A stretch of 64,000 bases of DNA from a candidate division FCPU426 bacterium (GTDB taxonomy: Bacteria; Oederibacteriota; Muellerivitia; Muellerivitales; Muellerivitaceae): assembly GCA_963830915.1 (NCBI GenBank), contig CAWHOE010000065.1, positions 1 through 64,000 of the forward strand, written 5' to 3'. Below, piece by piece: positions 1 to 10,215 of this stretch. The translations under genes were made by a program, and so were the position numbers. Every line of letters begins with the position of its first letter. Position 1 is the first letter of the stretch. The notes below the pieces were generated by a model. It had not been told where the DNA came from and searched no databases. It saw nothing but the letters and a program-made list of their open reading frames with translations.

Positions 1-840
1 GTCGTGGAGATGGGGGAAAGCCCCGCCCAGGCTTGCAAACGGAAGAAGGATTCCTCCATCGTCCGCTGCACCGACCTGGTCAAGACAGGGGAAGCTTCCG
101 CCTGCGTTTCCGCCGGCAATTCCGGGGCCACCATGGCGGCGGCCTTGATGAGCTGCGGACGGATCGAGGGTGTCTACCGGCCCGCGATCGTGACCATGAT
201 CCCCAGCGTGAGCGGGGTTTCGGTCCTGGTGGACGCCGGGGCCAATGTGGATTGCAAAGCCAAGCACCTTCTGCAGTTCGCCCTGATGGGCGATGTGTTC
301 GCCCGGACGGTGTTGAATTTCAAGGAACCCCGGGTGGGACTGCTGTCCATCGGGGAGGAAGAATCCAAAGGGAACGAGCTGGTATTCGAGACCCAAGGCC
401 TTCTAAAGACCGCTCCCCTTCATTACATCGGGAACGTGGAAGGCCGGGATATCGTGAACGGGAATTGCGACGTGACCGTGTGCGACGGGTTCGTCGGGAA
501 CGTGACCATCAAGGCGATCGAAGGCGTGGAGGAACTGGTCTATAAGGGATTGCAAAAAGAGATCCGGTCGAACCTTTTCACCCTGCTGGGAGGGCTGATC
601 GCCAGCCCGGCTTTCAAGCGTTTCAAGAAGACCGTGGATTGGAAAGAGTTCGGCGGCGCGCCCTTGCTGGGGATCGACGGTCTGAGCCTGATCTCCCACG
701 GCAAATCGGACGCCTACGCCATCAAGAACGCCATCCGCGCGGCCTTGCGCTGCGTGAACCGGAACATGAACAAGGTACTGAAGGAACAGATCACCCAATT
801 CGGGCAGGTCGGCGACAAGACCGACCCGAAAACGAACTAA
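1..840 (+). CDS. plsX: Phosphate acyltransferase PlsX (5' truncated by window edge)
   Basis: Motifs SAGNSGA, RPAI, DAGANVD, GNVEGRD, CDGFVGN, GGAPLLG, HGKS; first gene of the fab operon. Confidence 0.95.
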   Translation, partial: VVEMGESPAQACKRKKDSSIVRCTDLVKTGEASACVSAGNSGATMAAALMSCGRIEGVYRPAIVTMIPSVSGVSVLVDAGANVDCKAKHLLQFALMGDVFARTVLNFKEPRVGLLSIGEEESKGNELVFETQGLLKTAPLHYIGNVEGRDIVNGNCDVTVCDGFVGNVTIKAIEGVEELVYKGLQKEIRSNLFTLLGGLIASPAFKRFKKTVDWKEFGGAPLLGIDGLSLISHGKSDAYAIKNAIRAALRCVNRNMNKVLKEQITQFGQVGDKTDPKTN

Positions 841-850
841 GGGGAATTTT

Positions 851-1843
851 TTGACCTCCAAAATTAAAACCGCGATCTTGGGCTTGGGCTCCTATCTGCC
901 CGAAAAGGTCATGACCAATAAGGATATGGAGAGGATCGTCGATACCTCGGATGAGTGGATCGTCTCCCGTACGGGCATCAAGGAACGCCACATGGCGGCC
1001 GAGGACCAGAGCACTTCCGACCTGGCGGTCCAGGCCAGTTTGATCGCTTTAGCCGACGCGGGGGTCAAGCCGACCGAATTGGACTTGATCATCATCGCCA
1101 CCATCACTCCCGATACCCCGACCCCGGCGACTGCCTGCTGGGTCCAAAAAAAGATCGGCGCTCCCCAAGCGGCGGCGTTCGATATTTCGGCGGCCTGTTC
1201 GGGTTTCGTCTACGGTCTCACGATAGCGCGGGCTTTCATCGAGAGCGGGATCTATAAAAAGATCCTCTTGCTCGGGGCGGAAAAACTGACCGCTTTCATC
1301 GATTGGAAGGACCGCGGCTCATGCGTGCTGTTCGGCGATGGGGCTGGGGCGGCTGTGATCGGGCCTTGTGACAATGACCAGCATGAGGTTTTATCGACCT
1401 TTTTATCGGCCAATGGCGAGGACGCGGACCTTTTGAAGATACCGGGCGGGGGATGCCGATACCCCTCCTCCTTGAAATCGATCGAGGAAGGGCTTCACTA
1501 CCTGAAAATGCAGGGGAAAGAGATATTCAAGATAGCGGTCAAGGTCATGAGCGAAGCGGTGGTCGAGTCGGTCCAAAAGGCCGGCATCCGGCTGGATCAA
1601 GTGTCCCTGATCATCCCCCATCAGGCCAATCTTAGGATCATCCAGGCCATCGGCGAGAGGATGGGGCTGCCGGCGGAGAAATTCTTCGTGAACATCGATA
1701 AGGTCGGGAACACCTCGGCCGCCTCGGTCATCATCGCTTTCGACCACGCGGTCAAGCAGGGCCGGGTCAAAAAAGGGGACTATGTGGTCTTGGTGGCTTT
1801 TGGGGCCGGAACCACGCTGGCCGCCTCGGTGGTGAAATGGTAA
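851..1843 (+). CDS. fabH: 3-oxoacyl-ACP synthase III
   Basis: TTG start; AACSGF (catalytic Cys), FGDGAGA, PHQAN, GNTSAAS. Confidence 0.96.
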   Translation: MTSKIKTAILGLGSYLPEKVMTNKDMERIVDTSDEWIVSRTGIKERHMAAEDQSTSDLAVQASLIALADAGVKPTELDLIIIATITPDTPTPATACWVQKKIGAPQAAAFDISAACSGFVYGLTIARAFIESGIYKKILLLGAEKLTAFIDWKDRGSCVLFGDGAGAAVIGPCDNDQHEVLSTFLSANGEDADLLKIPGGGCRYPSSLKSIEEGLHYLKMQGKEIFKIAVKVMSEAVVESVQKAGIRLDQVSLIIPHQANLRIIQAIGERMGLPAEKFFVNIDKVGNTSAASVIIAFDHAVKQGRVKKGDYVVLVAFGAGTTLAASVVKW

Positions 1844-2773
1844 TGGGCACCCGAACCGCGCTGGTATTTCCAGGTCAAGGATCCCAAGCTGTCGGGATGG
1901 GAAAGGACCTTTTTGAGACTTCCCCTGAATGCCGTTCTTTGTTCGAGAAAGCCGATGCCTTGCTTGGCTTTTCCTTGTCGAAGAATCTGTTTTGAAGGGC
2001 CGGAAGAGGAACTGAAAAAAACTCCCAACACCCAACCGGCGCTTTTGGTGGTGTCCATGGCCGCTTTGACTTTGCTGAAGAAGGATGGCCAAGCCATCGA
2101 CGCGGTGGCGGGTCATAGCTTGGGGGCCTATAGCGCCCTGGTCGCGGCGGGAGTCCTTTCGTTCGAGGATGGGGTCCGATTGGTAAGACGCCGGGGTGAA
2201 CTGATGGAAGAGGCGGGACGGAATAAAGGGACCATGGCGGTCATATTGAATCTGGAAGAATCGAAAGTGGACCAAGCCTGCAAGGAATCGGCCCATTTGG
2301 GTGTGGTCGAACCGGCGAACGTCAATTGTCCCGGCCAGATCGTTATCTCGGGGGAAAGAAACGCAGTCCTGGCCGCCTGTGAAAAGGCCAAGGCTTTGGG
2401 AGCGAAAAGGGCCATGGAACTGCCGGTCAGTGGTCCCTTCCATTGTTCCTTGATGGGCCAAGCCGCCGAAACTTTCAAAAAGACGATCGATACTTACGAA
2501 TTCCATAAGCCGTTGATCACCTATTATTCCGATATCGATGGGGTCCCAATGGACGATCCCGAAAGCATAAAGGACAGTCTGGTCCGGCAATTGGTATCAC
2601 CGGTCCAGTGGATCAAGGTGATCGATCGGTTGGCCCAGGATGGGATCGGTAAATTCATCGAGGTGGGCGCTGGGAAGGTATTGTCCGGTTTGATCCGGAA
2701 AATCAAGGCGGATATCCCCGTTCTTAACGCTGGGGATATGGCGTCAATCACGGCATTAAAGGGGGGCTCATGA
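1843..2773 (+). CDS. fabD: Malonyl-CoA:ACP transacylase with an apparent +1 frameshift near 1983 (likely sequencing error)
   Basis: ATG 1843 reads MGTRTALVFPGQGSQAVGMG...LLGFSLSK and then stops. The next frame continues ICFEGPEEELKKT..TQPAL..GHSLG..VSGPFH..PVQW..EVGAGKVL. Confidence 0.93.
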
Positions 2774-3507
2774 GCCTGAACGGAAAAGTCGCGGTCATTA
2801 CGGGTGGAGGCAGAGGGATCGGAAAGGCCATCGCCATGGAGTTGGCGAAAAACGGCGCTTCCATAGCCATCGGCGGCATTGAAAGCACCCTCCAGGAAAC
2901 GGTCAATGAGATCGAGAAGCTCGGCGTGAAAAGCATGGCCGTCAGCATGAACGTCACGAAGGCCGAAGAGGTGGATCAATTCGCCGATAAAGTCATGGAA
3001 GCTTTCGGAAAGATCGACATCGTGGTGAACAACGCTGGTATCACCAAGGACAATCTTCTGATCAGGATGAGCGACCAGGAGTGGGATGATGTCATCGCGG
3101 TCAATTTGAAGGGTACATTCTTGATGACAAGGGCATTCGTAAGGCCGATGATGAAAGCCCGCCAGGGAACGATCATCAACATCGCCTCGATCATCGGGGT
3201 GCGCGGCAACGCGGGCCAGGCGAACTACGCCGCCAGCAAGGCTGGGATCATTGGGTTGACCAAGACGACGGCCCGTGAGTTCGCTGGCCGGAATATCACC
3301 TGCAACGCGATCGCGCCCGGTTTCATTCAAACGGACATGACAAAAGTCCTTCCTGAAAAGGTTAAAGAAGAGATGATGAAAGCTATCCCGCTTGGGTATT
3401 TGGGTGAAACGAGTGATATCGCTCAAACGGCTTTGTTTTTGGCTTCCGAATCGGCGCGTTATATAACCGGACAAGTTATTTGCGTTGATGGAGGAATGGT
3501 GATATAA
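2770..3507 (+). CDS. fabG: 3-oxoacyl-ACP reductase
   Basis: TGGGRGIG, NNAGIT, YAASK, PGFIQTDMT, GQVICVDGG. Confidence 0.96.
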   Translation: MSLNGKVAVITGGGRGIGKAIAMELAKNGASIAIGGIESTLQETVNEIEKLGVKSMAVSMNVTKAEEVDQFADKVMEAFGKIDIVVNNAGITKDNLLIRMSDQEWDDVIAVNLKGTFLMTRAFVRPMMKARQGTIINIASIIGVRGNAGQANYAASKAGIIGLTKTTAREFAGRNITCNAIAPGFIQTDMTKVLPEKVKEEMMKAIPLGYLGETSDIAQTALFLASESARYITGQVICVDGGMVI

Positions 3508-3580
3508 GAAATTGCTTTTAGGAAGGGCTGTTGAGGGTGTGGCTTTTATAGCAGGTCCAATTTAACGGAGGTGAAGCAAA

Positions 3581-3817
3581 ATGGCTATTGAAGACAAGGT
3601 GAAAGAAATTATCGTTGATCAGCTGGGAGTCGAGGCGGAGCAAGTGAAGCCGGAAGCATCGTTCATCGATGATCTGGGCGCGGATTCTTTGGATACGGTG
3701 GAATTGGTCATGGCTTTCGAGGAAGAGTTCGACCTGGAGATCCCGGACGAGGACGCTGAGAAGATCAAGACCGTCGGGAACGCCATCGATTACATCAAGT
3801 CCAAGGCTTCGGAATAA
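3581..3817 (+). CDS. acpP: Acyl carrier protein
   Basis: [29 protein letters not shown] upstream. Confidence 0.98.
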   Translation: MAIEDKVKEIIVDQLGVEAEQVKPEASFIDDLGADSLDTVELVMAFEEEFDLEIPDEDAEKIKTVGNAIDYIKSKASE

Positions 3818-3850
3818 GGTTTCCTCAGTAAATGATCTCGGGAGGTTGAA

Positions 3851-5095
3851 TTGAAACGCGTCGTTGTCACTGGATTGGGGGCGATTACCCCCGTCGGAAA
3901 TAATCCATCCGAATTCTTTAAGAACATCTGCGATGGGGTCAGCGGTATTGGGAAAGTCACCCATTTCGATCCCTCGCGGGTTCCTTGCCAGATCGGCGGG
4001 GAGGTCAAGGATTTTGACCCCGTTAAATTCGGCATTGAAAAAAAAGACATCAAAAAAATGGATTATTTCGTTCAATACGCCGTGGCGGCCAGCCTGCAAG
4101 CGGCCGCTGACGCCCAACTGGATATGTCCCGCGAGGACAAGACCCGGGTGGGAGTATTGATCGGGTCGGGTATCGGCGGATTGCCGGTATTGGTCGAACA
4201 ACACGCGCGATTATTGGAAAAGGGCCCGGATCGGGTTTCCCCTTTCCTGATCCCGATGATGATCGTGAACATGGCTTCTGGGATGACGTCGATCTATTTG
4301 AAGGCCCAGGGGCCCAATACGGCCACTGTTTCAGCCTGCGCTTCCGGAGCCCATGGTATTGGCGAAGCGGCCCGTTGGATCCAAAAAGGCGAGGCGGATG
4401 TGGTCGTCGCGGGCGGCACGGAAGGCTGCATCACGGAACTTGGGTACGCTGGTTTTTCCAATATGAACGCCCTCTGTACCGACGGTAACGAGAATCCCAC
4501 GAAGGCAAGCCGTCCTTTCGATAAGAACCGATCAGGGTTTGTCATGGGAGAAGGGTCTGGAATGGTCGTGTTGGAATCCCTGGAACACGCTCAGGCGAGA
4601 GGGGCGAGAATCTACGCCGAGTTCGCCGGATATGGGATGACTTCCGACGCTTATCATATGACCACCCCTGCCGAGAATGGGGAAGGAGCCGCTAGGTCCA
4701 TGGCGTTGGCTTTGAAGGACGCCAAGATCAAGCCGGAAGATGTGGGTTATATCAACGCCCATGGGACCTCGACCCAATACAACGATAAGTTCGAGACCAT
4801 GGCCATCAAGACGGTTTTTCAGGAGCAAGCTAAAAAAGTCGCCATTTCCTCGACAAAGTCCACAACCGGACACCTTTTAGGGGCGGCCGGAGGCATTGAA
4901 TTCATCGCTTGCGTCCTGGCCATCAAAGACGGGGTTTTGCCGCCGACCATCAATCAGGAAACACCTGATCCGGATTGTGACTTGGATTACATCCCCAACA
5001 CGAAACGGGTCAAACCGGTGGATATTTGCTTATCCAATTCCTTGGGGTTTGGCGGTCATAATGTCTCTCTCATTGTTAAAAAATTTAATCCCTAA
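3851..5095 (+). CDS. fabF: 3-oxoacyl-ACP synthase II
   Basis: TTG start after GGAGG; KRVVVTGLG, SACASG, NAHGTST, GHLLGAAG, SNSLGFGGHN. Confidence 0.96.
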   Translation: MKRVVVTGLGAITPVGNNPSEFFKNICDGVSGIGKVTHFDPSRVPCQIGGEVKDFDPVKFGIEKKDIKKMDYFVQYAVAASLQAAADAQLDMSREDKTRVGVLIGSGIGGLPVLVEQHARLLEKGPDRVSPFLIPMMIVNMASGMTSIYLKAQGPNTATVSACASGAHGIGEAARWIQKGEADVVVAGGTEGCITELGYAGFSNMNALCTDGNENPTKASRPFDKNRSGFVMGEGSGMVVLESLEHAQARGARIYAEFAGYGMTSDAYHMTTPAENGEGAARSMALALKDAKIKPEDVGYINAHGTSTQYNDKFETMAIKTVFQEQAKKVAISSTKSTTGHLLGAAGGIEFIACVLAIKDGVLPPTINQETPDPDCDLDYIPNTKRVKPVDICLSNSLGFGGHNVSLIVKKFNP

Positions 5096-5867
5096 AAATA
5101 AAAAGACAACATCCGCCATCGATGGCATTGCCTTGGATAAAACTCGCCTCGCTCAATTGAAAAAATTGGCGAAACAACTCGGCGTGTCCATGGGCGACGG
5201 AAAACTGTTGAACGAGGCTTTGACCCACAAATCCTACACCTATGAACGCAAAATGAATCCCCAGATGAACAACGAGAAACTGGAGTTTTTGGGCGATTCC
5301 GTCCTGGGACTCGTCATCAGCCAGCATGTTTTCGAGACTTATCCCGAGGTGACCGAAGGAGGGCTCTCCAAGGTCAAGAGCGTGGTCGTCAGCGCCCAGA
5401 TCTTGAGCGAAAAAGCCAAGAAGCTTGATCTGGGGGATTATCTGCTCCTGGGTAAAGGCGAGGAAAAGTCCGGCGGTAAGAATCGTCCCGCCCTGTTAGC
5501 GGATTCTCTCGAGGCGGTCATTGGGGCCATTTATTTAACGGGCGGTCTGAAATCGGCCCGGAAACTGGTCCTGGGGCTTTTGATCGAAGATGTGGATAAT
5601 GTTTTCTCCGGCCGGATGGAAAAAGACCATAAAACCATGCTCCAGGAACATTTTCAAAAGACCCAAAAGGTGGCTCCCCGGTATGAAGTGATCAAGGAAT
5701 GGGGGCCGGATCACAACAGGAATTTCGAAGCCGCTTGTGTGGTCAACGGAAAAACGATCGGGACCGGCGTGGGGAAAAGCAAAAAAGAAGCGGAACAGTT
5801 AGCGGCCCAAGAAGCGATCCGGAAACATAAAATCCTATCCACCACCCCCAGCGATCATAAAATCTGA
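5061..5867 (+). CDS. rnc: Ribonuclease III (start uncertain)
   Basis: ALTHKS, NEKLEFLGDSVL, ADSLEAVIGAIY, dsRBD KTMLQE...GKSKKEAEQ; ATG 5061 overlaps the end of fabF. Confidence 0.94.
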   Translation: MSLSLLKNLIPKNKKTTSAIDGIALDKTRLAQLKKLAKQLGVSMGDGKLLNEALTHKSYTYERKMNPQMNNEKLEFLGDSVLGLVISQHVFETYPEVTEGGLSKVKSVVVSAQILSEKAKKLDLGDYLLLGKGEEKSGGKNRPALLADSLEAVIGAIYLTGGLKSARKLVLGLLIEDVDNVFSGRMEKDHKTMLQEHFQKTQKVAPRYEVIKEWGPDHNRNFEAACVVNGKTIGTGVGKSKKEAEQLAAQEAIRKHKILSTTPSDHKI

Positions 5868-5880
5868 ATTTGGAGAAGAT

Positions 5881-6135
5881 ATGTCGAAAAATTTCGGGAT
5901 GACCATCTTGATGATCATTTTGGGCGGGATATTAGGGGGATACGTCGGGGAACTGCTAGCCATCCTGATACCGGCTGGTTTTTTCCATGATATTTTCATC
6001 AAGGGATTTTCCCTTGGCTTCAATGACCCGTTGGTCATCAATTTACGGATCATTGTTTTGACCTTTGGGATAAAAATATTCGTCAATTTATGCGGGCTCG
6101 TTGGGATGATCGCGGGTTTGATCTATTCAAAGTGA
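5881..6135 (+). CDS. Small membrane protein, DUF4321-like
   Basis: Hydrophobic 84 aa with the pattern ILGGILG...INLRIIVLTFGIKIFVNLCGLVG; lies upstream of maf. Confidence 0.7.
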   Translation: MSKNFGMTILMIILGGILGGYVGELLAILIPAGFFHDIFIKGFSLGFNDPLVINLRIIVLTFGIKIFVNLCGLVGMIAGLIYSK

Positions 6136-6707
6136 TGCGCTCTCCAAAGCATGAAAAGATCCTTTTAGCGTCCACCTCCCCTCGCCGAAAAAAGATCCTC
6201 GGTTTTTGTAATATTCCATTCAAAGTAATACCGCCTCGAGGGGTCGAGGAAAAGCAAAGATCCGGGGAAGATCCGGCTCAACTTTCTATGCGTTTGGCCT
6301 TAGAAAAGGCGATCAGTGTATCCAGGCAACACCCTGATCAGCTTGTGATCGGCGCTGACACAATCGTTGTTTTTGAGGATGAAGTGTTCGGTAAACCGGT
6401 AAATCCCATGGTGGCAAAGAAAATGTTGCTTAATTTATCCGGTAGATCCCATCAAGTCATGACTGGCATCGCGTTGGTACAAAAAGGCGGGAAATTAAAA
6501 AGGATTCATGTCGAGATATCTAAAGTTACTTTCAAAAAAATATCCATTCAGCTAATCGAGGCATATTTAAAGACGAAGGAACCTTATGATAAAGCAGGAG
6601 GATATGACATCCAGGGAACGGCCGGAAAGTGGATCAAGCGAATTCAAGGGGATTATCTCAATATCGTTGGATTGCCGATCAATTGGTTGTTTCAACAGAT
6701 CGATTAA
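6135..6707 (+). CDS. maf: Maf family nucleoside triphosphate pyrophosphatase
   Basis: LASTSPRR, IGADTIV, GKP, LSGRSHQVMTG, DKAGGY, NIVGLP. Confidence 0.93.
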   Translation: MRSPKHEKILLASTSPRRKKILGFCNIPFKVIPPRGVEEKQRSGEDPAQLSMRLALEKAISVSRQHPDQLVIGADTIVVFEDEVFGKPVNPMVAKKMLLNLSGRSHQVMTGIALVQKGGKLKRIHVEISKVTFKKISIQLIEAYLKTKEPYDKAGGYDIQGTAGKWIKRIQGDYLNIVGLPINWLFQQID

Positions 6708-6716
6708 GTTTTATTT

Positions 6717-8174
6717 TCAACCATTCTGATAGATCTTGACGTCCAGTTTCTTTCGTTCAGAATCGAGGAAATTCTTGATCCAGTATGATTGTTGATTGGG
6801 CAACATTTTCTCGACGATTTGTTCCTGGGCATCGGTCGATTTTGAATTCAGATTGGATTCTTTCGAGTCGATGATCTGGAAGAAGTATTCATTGGCTCCA
6901 ATGGATAAAGGCCCCTGCCAATCCCTGACATACAAGCCTGCGATCTTATCAGCCGCGTCTTTGGAATCCTTTATATTCGGTATTCCCTTTGAACGGTTGA
7001 ACCAAGGAGTGGTTTGGGTCGGCAGACCAAGTTGACTGGCGATCTTTGTAAGATCCCCATTGTCCTCTAGTTTCAAGGATATTTGCTGGGATAGCTCGAC
7101 GATCTTTTCTACGGCTTTTTCCTTTTTGTACTGCGCGAGGACTTTAGAACGGACCTCGGAAAATTTACTTTTGTATGGTTTTTCATAGTTTTCCAATTGA
7201 GCGATGTGATATCCGAACTGGGTTTTAAAGGGTTTTGATATTTCGCCTTTCTTCAAATTGAAAACATTATCCTCGAATTCTTTTACGGTTATGCCGCGGG
7301 TGATCCATCCGAGTTCACCACCGCTTTTATTTGATCCGGTATCCTGTGAAAATTTCTTGGCAAGATCGCTGAATTGGGCTTTACCCGAGAGAATTTGATC
7401 CCGATAGTCTGATAATGTCTTTTTCGCTTTTTCCTGATCGGTGATGTTCTCGCTCCCCGAAAGTCCCAGCAAGATATGACGTACCTTGGCCCGCTCTTGA
7501 TGGTCGTATTTATCCTGGTTGGTTTCATAGTAACTTCTCAATTCTTCCTCGGTGGGTTTGTTTTGTTGCTCGTATTTCTCGGGATTCATGACAACGAACA
7601 CGGCTTTTAAATCCCTGCTGAGGAGGTTCTTGTAATTATCGACATCTTGGTTGGTGAAGAGAATACCGTCGTTCAGAATGGAATGGATCTTTTGTTGGAG
7701 GATCTGGTTCCTTTCGGAAGCCTCGAATTCCTCGGGGGTGAGCTGGTTGGATTGTAAAACCTGGTAGTAACGGTTTTTATCGAATTTCCCATTCTCATCC
7801 AAAAAATAGTTTTGACGTTGGATGGATGCGGCGATTTCTTCGAGGGATACGGTTATTCCCAATTTGGCGGCGGTTTTTTCCAAGATCACGTTGTCGATCA
7901 AGCGATTTAACACCTGCTTTTTAAGGTTCGCGATCTCTTCCTGGGTGGGTTCGGTTGTTTTGGAACCATACAAACGATCGGATGCTGGTTGGTAGACCTT
8001 GCTGAAATCCGAATAGGTTATTTTCTCATCCCCGACAGTGGCGACCAAATTCCTTGTATCCTCTTTGATCAGCCAACGACCGCCCGCGAGGAATAAAAAG
8101 CCGATCACAAAAGCAGCGATTAGGATCCAAAGGATGAATTGCATCGTCTTTTTATCCCTAAGGGTGCTCATCAT
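6717..8174 (-). CDS. SurA/PpiD-like membrane-anchored parvulin peptidyl-prolyl isomerase
   Basis: N-terminal TM, SurA-N-like region, rotamase motifs RHIL, FSDLAKKFSQD, GGELGW, TQFGYHI; SD GGAGG 8 nt before ATG 8174. Confidence 0.88.
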   Translation of the reverse strand: MMSTLRDKKTMQFILWILIAAFVIGFLFLAGGRWLIKEDTRNLVATVGDEKITYSDFSKVYQPASDRLYGSKTTEPTQEEIANLKKQVLNRLIDNVILEKTAAKLGITVSLEEIAASIQRQNYFLDENGKFDKNRYYQVLQSNQLTPEEFEASERNQILQQKIHSILNDGILFTNQDVDNYKNLLSRDLKAVFVVMNPEKYEQQNKPTEEELRSYYETNQDKYDHQERAKVRHILLGLSGSENITDQEKAKKTLSDYRDQILSGKAQFSDLAKKFSQDTGSNKSGGELGWITRGITVKEFEDNVFNLKKGEISKPFKTQFGYHIAQLENYEKPYKSKFSEVRSKVLAQYKKEKAVEKIVELSQQISLKLEDNGDLTKIASQLGLPTQTTPWFNRSKGIPNIKDSKDAADKIAGLYVRDWQGPLSIGANEYFFQIIDSKESNLNSKSTDAQEQIVEKMLPNQQSYWIKNFLDSERKKLDVKIYQNG

Positions 8175-8365
8175 GTCGGCGTCCTCCAAAATTTATTAAG
8201 CTTGAAAAGCTTCGTTCAAAACTTGCGCATTATAGCAAGATATTCTTGGATAACAACGTTGTGTGTTTTTAATAAATTTGGTCATCGTAATGACAGTTAA
8301 ATCAGGACTGGATTCTAAAATCGAAGAAATTAATAACTGTCAAGGCGTTAGAGACTTTGATTGCG

Positions 8366-8396
8366 TTGACAGTTCATCGGTTTATCGTGATATAAT
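8366..8396 (+). promoter_or_regulatory. Sigma70-like promoter
   Basis: TTGACA 8366-8371 and extended -10 TGa-TATAAT 8391-8396 (19-nt spacing); supports ATG 8425 as the true start. Confidence 0.55.
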
Positions 8397-8424
8397 CGCT
8401 AAAACCTTTACCCTAAAAGGCTCC

Positions 8425-10188
8425 ATGCGCAGAATTATTTCCTCACTTTATCCCCTAATTTTTTTCATTGTTTTCTCGATTATTTTATTCCCGGGAAAAT
8501 GTTTTTCTGACAGCGTCAGTACAACGAGCGCCCAGTTTTTGGAAATACCCGCTGGGGTCCGTGGGGCTGGGATGGGAGACACCTTCTCGGCGATTGCGGA
8601 TGATATCAGTACTACTTATTGGAATACGGCGGGTTTGGCGCAACTGGAAAGTTTTGAGGTGAATTTACTTCACGTTTCTTATTTCGAGAGCACCAATTAC
8701 GAGTTCGCGGGAATCGCGATCCCCATCAAACCGGGAAGCACTCTTGGGTTGACTTCTTCTTTTGATTTTATCCCTTCTTTCAATTCAACCAACAATCCAT
8801 CCGCTACTCCTGGAAGCGCCAATGATTTGGCCATCGAATTGGGTTTTGGACAGACCTTTGGGGATAATTTCGCCTTAGGGATCGGTGGTAAATATATTTC
8901 CTCCAACTTGGTGAGCTATTCCGCGACCGGGGAGGCCGTTGACGCTGGTTTATTGCTTTATACCGCGAAAAAAGATCTGACCTTTGGTTTGTCCGTGCAA
9001 AATGTCGGGCAAGTTTCCAGTTTTTCGCAATACTCGACACAAGAAAAACTTCCATTAGTTTATCGGGCCGGTTTGGCCTATCGCTTCCAACCGCGTAAAT
9101 CGACTAATTTTGTTTTAGGTATTGATATTGAAAAACCCATCGATAGCGATCCGGTGGTCCACACAGGTGGGGAATTATGGTTGGGTAGCAAGAATCTATC
9201 GGTCGCGATACGTGGAGGTTATAGTTTCAATTCATTAAATCAGGATTTGGGAGGTGTCACTGGCGCGTCTCTTGGGGCGGGGCTAAAAGTAAACCCTTTT
9301 GAATTCGATTATGCGTATGTCCCGTTCGGCGCTCTGGGGGACACCCAGCGTTTTTCACTGACCTATCGTTTTGGAAATGAACTTCCTGAACCCGTTGAGG
9401 AAAAAAAATCCGTATCCGTTCAGATCCAACCACAGATCGAGGATATCAAGACCGGTTCATTGAAACAGGCGACATTCGACATCAAACCGATGGCCAGGAC
9501 CGATATCAAGAACTGGACCCTTGAGATCACGGATCCCAAAGGAAATATCATCCGGTCCTATACCGGAAAGGGCGTTCCTCCCAAACAGATCGCGTGGGAT
9601 GGCAAGGATACGAATGGGAATATCGTGACTGGCGGTATTTTCGCCAATTATAATTTCCGCACAGTCGATGTTAAGGGCCAACAGGTAGTGGCTACTGAGC
9701 CGATTTTCAAGGTCGGCCAAGTTTCTGGCCGTGAGAACCCTGTCATGGCTTCCGCGGCCGCGGAAACCGGAGCCGCAATGGTCGAACTTCAGGAAAATTC
9801 CGTACCGACTTTGTCTCCTTCCACTCAACCATTAGGTTTATCAGGTGTCATCAAGGTACCGAGTGTTTCATTCAACGATAGAAGCTCGAAATTGGGCAAT
9901 AACTTTTTCACCTATCTGGATCAAGTTGCAAAGATGATCCGTAAATATCCCAATGCTCGTGTTTACATTGAGGGCCACTCTTATGATGAGGGATCGGAGG
10001 AAGAGAATCTCCAAATTTCCCAGAATCGGGCCGATTCGGTCCTGCGTTATTTGATAGAAAAAGGCAAAGTTTCACCGGAAAACATTTACGCGCGTGGCCA
10101 TGGTGATTCAGCTCCTCTTGACACTTCGGACACTGAAGTCGCTCATTTCAGGAACCGTAGGGTTGATATCGTCATTTTGACAAAATAA
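8425..10188 (+). CDS. PorV/PorQ(UPF0164)-like beta-barrel fused to FlgD-Ig-like and OmpA C-terminal domains
   Basis: Signal peptide; AQFLEIPAGVRGAGMG..ADD..YWNTAGLA; DYAYVPFGALGDTQRFSLTYRF; WDGKDTNG; OmpA motifs IEGHS, SQNRADSV, GHG, NRRVDI. Confidence 0.8.
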   Translation: MRRIISSLYPLIFFIVFSIILFPGKCFSDSVSTTSAQFLEIPAGVRGAGMGDTFSAIADDISTTYWNTAGLAQLESFEVNLLHVSYFESTNYEFAGIAIPIKPGSTLGLTSSFDFIPSFNSTNNPSATPGSANDLAIELGFGQTFGDNFALGIGGKYISSNLVSYSATGEAVDAGLLLYTAKKDLTFGLSVQNVGQVSSFSQYSTQEKLPLVYRAGLAYRFQPRKSTNFVLGIDIEKPIDSDPVVHTGGELWLGSKNLSVAIRGGYSFNSLNQDLGGVTGASLGAGLKVNPFEFDYAYVPFGALGDTQRFSLTYRFGNELPEPVEEKKSVSVQIQPQIEDIKTGSLKQATFDIKPMARTDIKNWTLEITDPKGNIIRSYTGKGVPPKQIAWDGKDTNGNIVTGGIFANYNFRTVDVKGQQVVATEPIFKVGQVSGRENPVMASAAAETGAAMVELQENSVPTLSPSTQPLGLSGVIKVPSVSFNDRSSKLGNNFFTYLDQVAKMIRKYPNARVYIEGHSYDEGSEEENLQISQNRADSVLRYLIEKGKVSPENIYARGHGDSAPLDTSDTEVAHFRNRRVDIVILTK

Positions 10189-10215
10189 TCCCAAGGAAAG
10201 GCTTTAAAAGTGCCC

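Noticed and set aside
1403..4204. Long antisense ORFs over the fab genes (similar ones over purA, GH9, GGDEF-EAL and rnr)
   Set aside because: GC-rich codon-bias shadows of well-supported genes on the other strand
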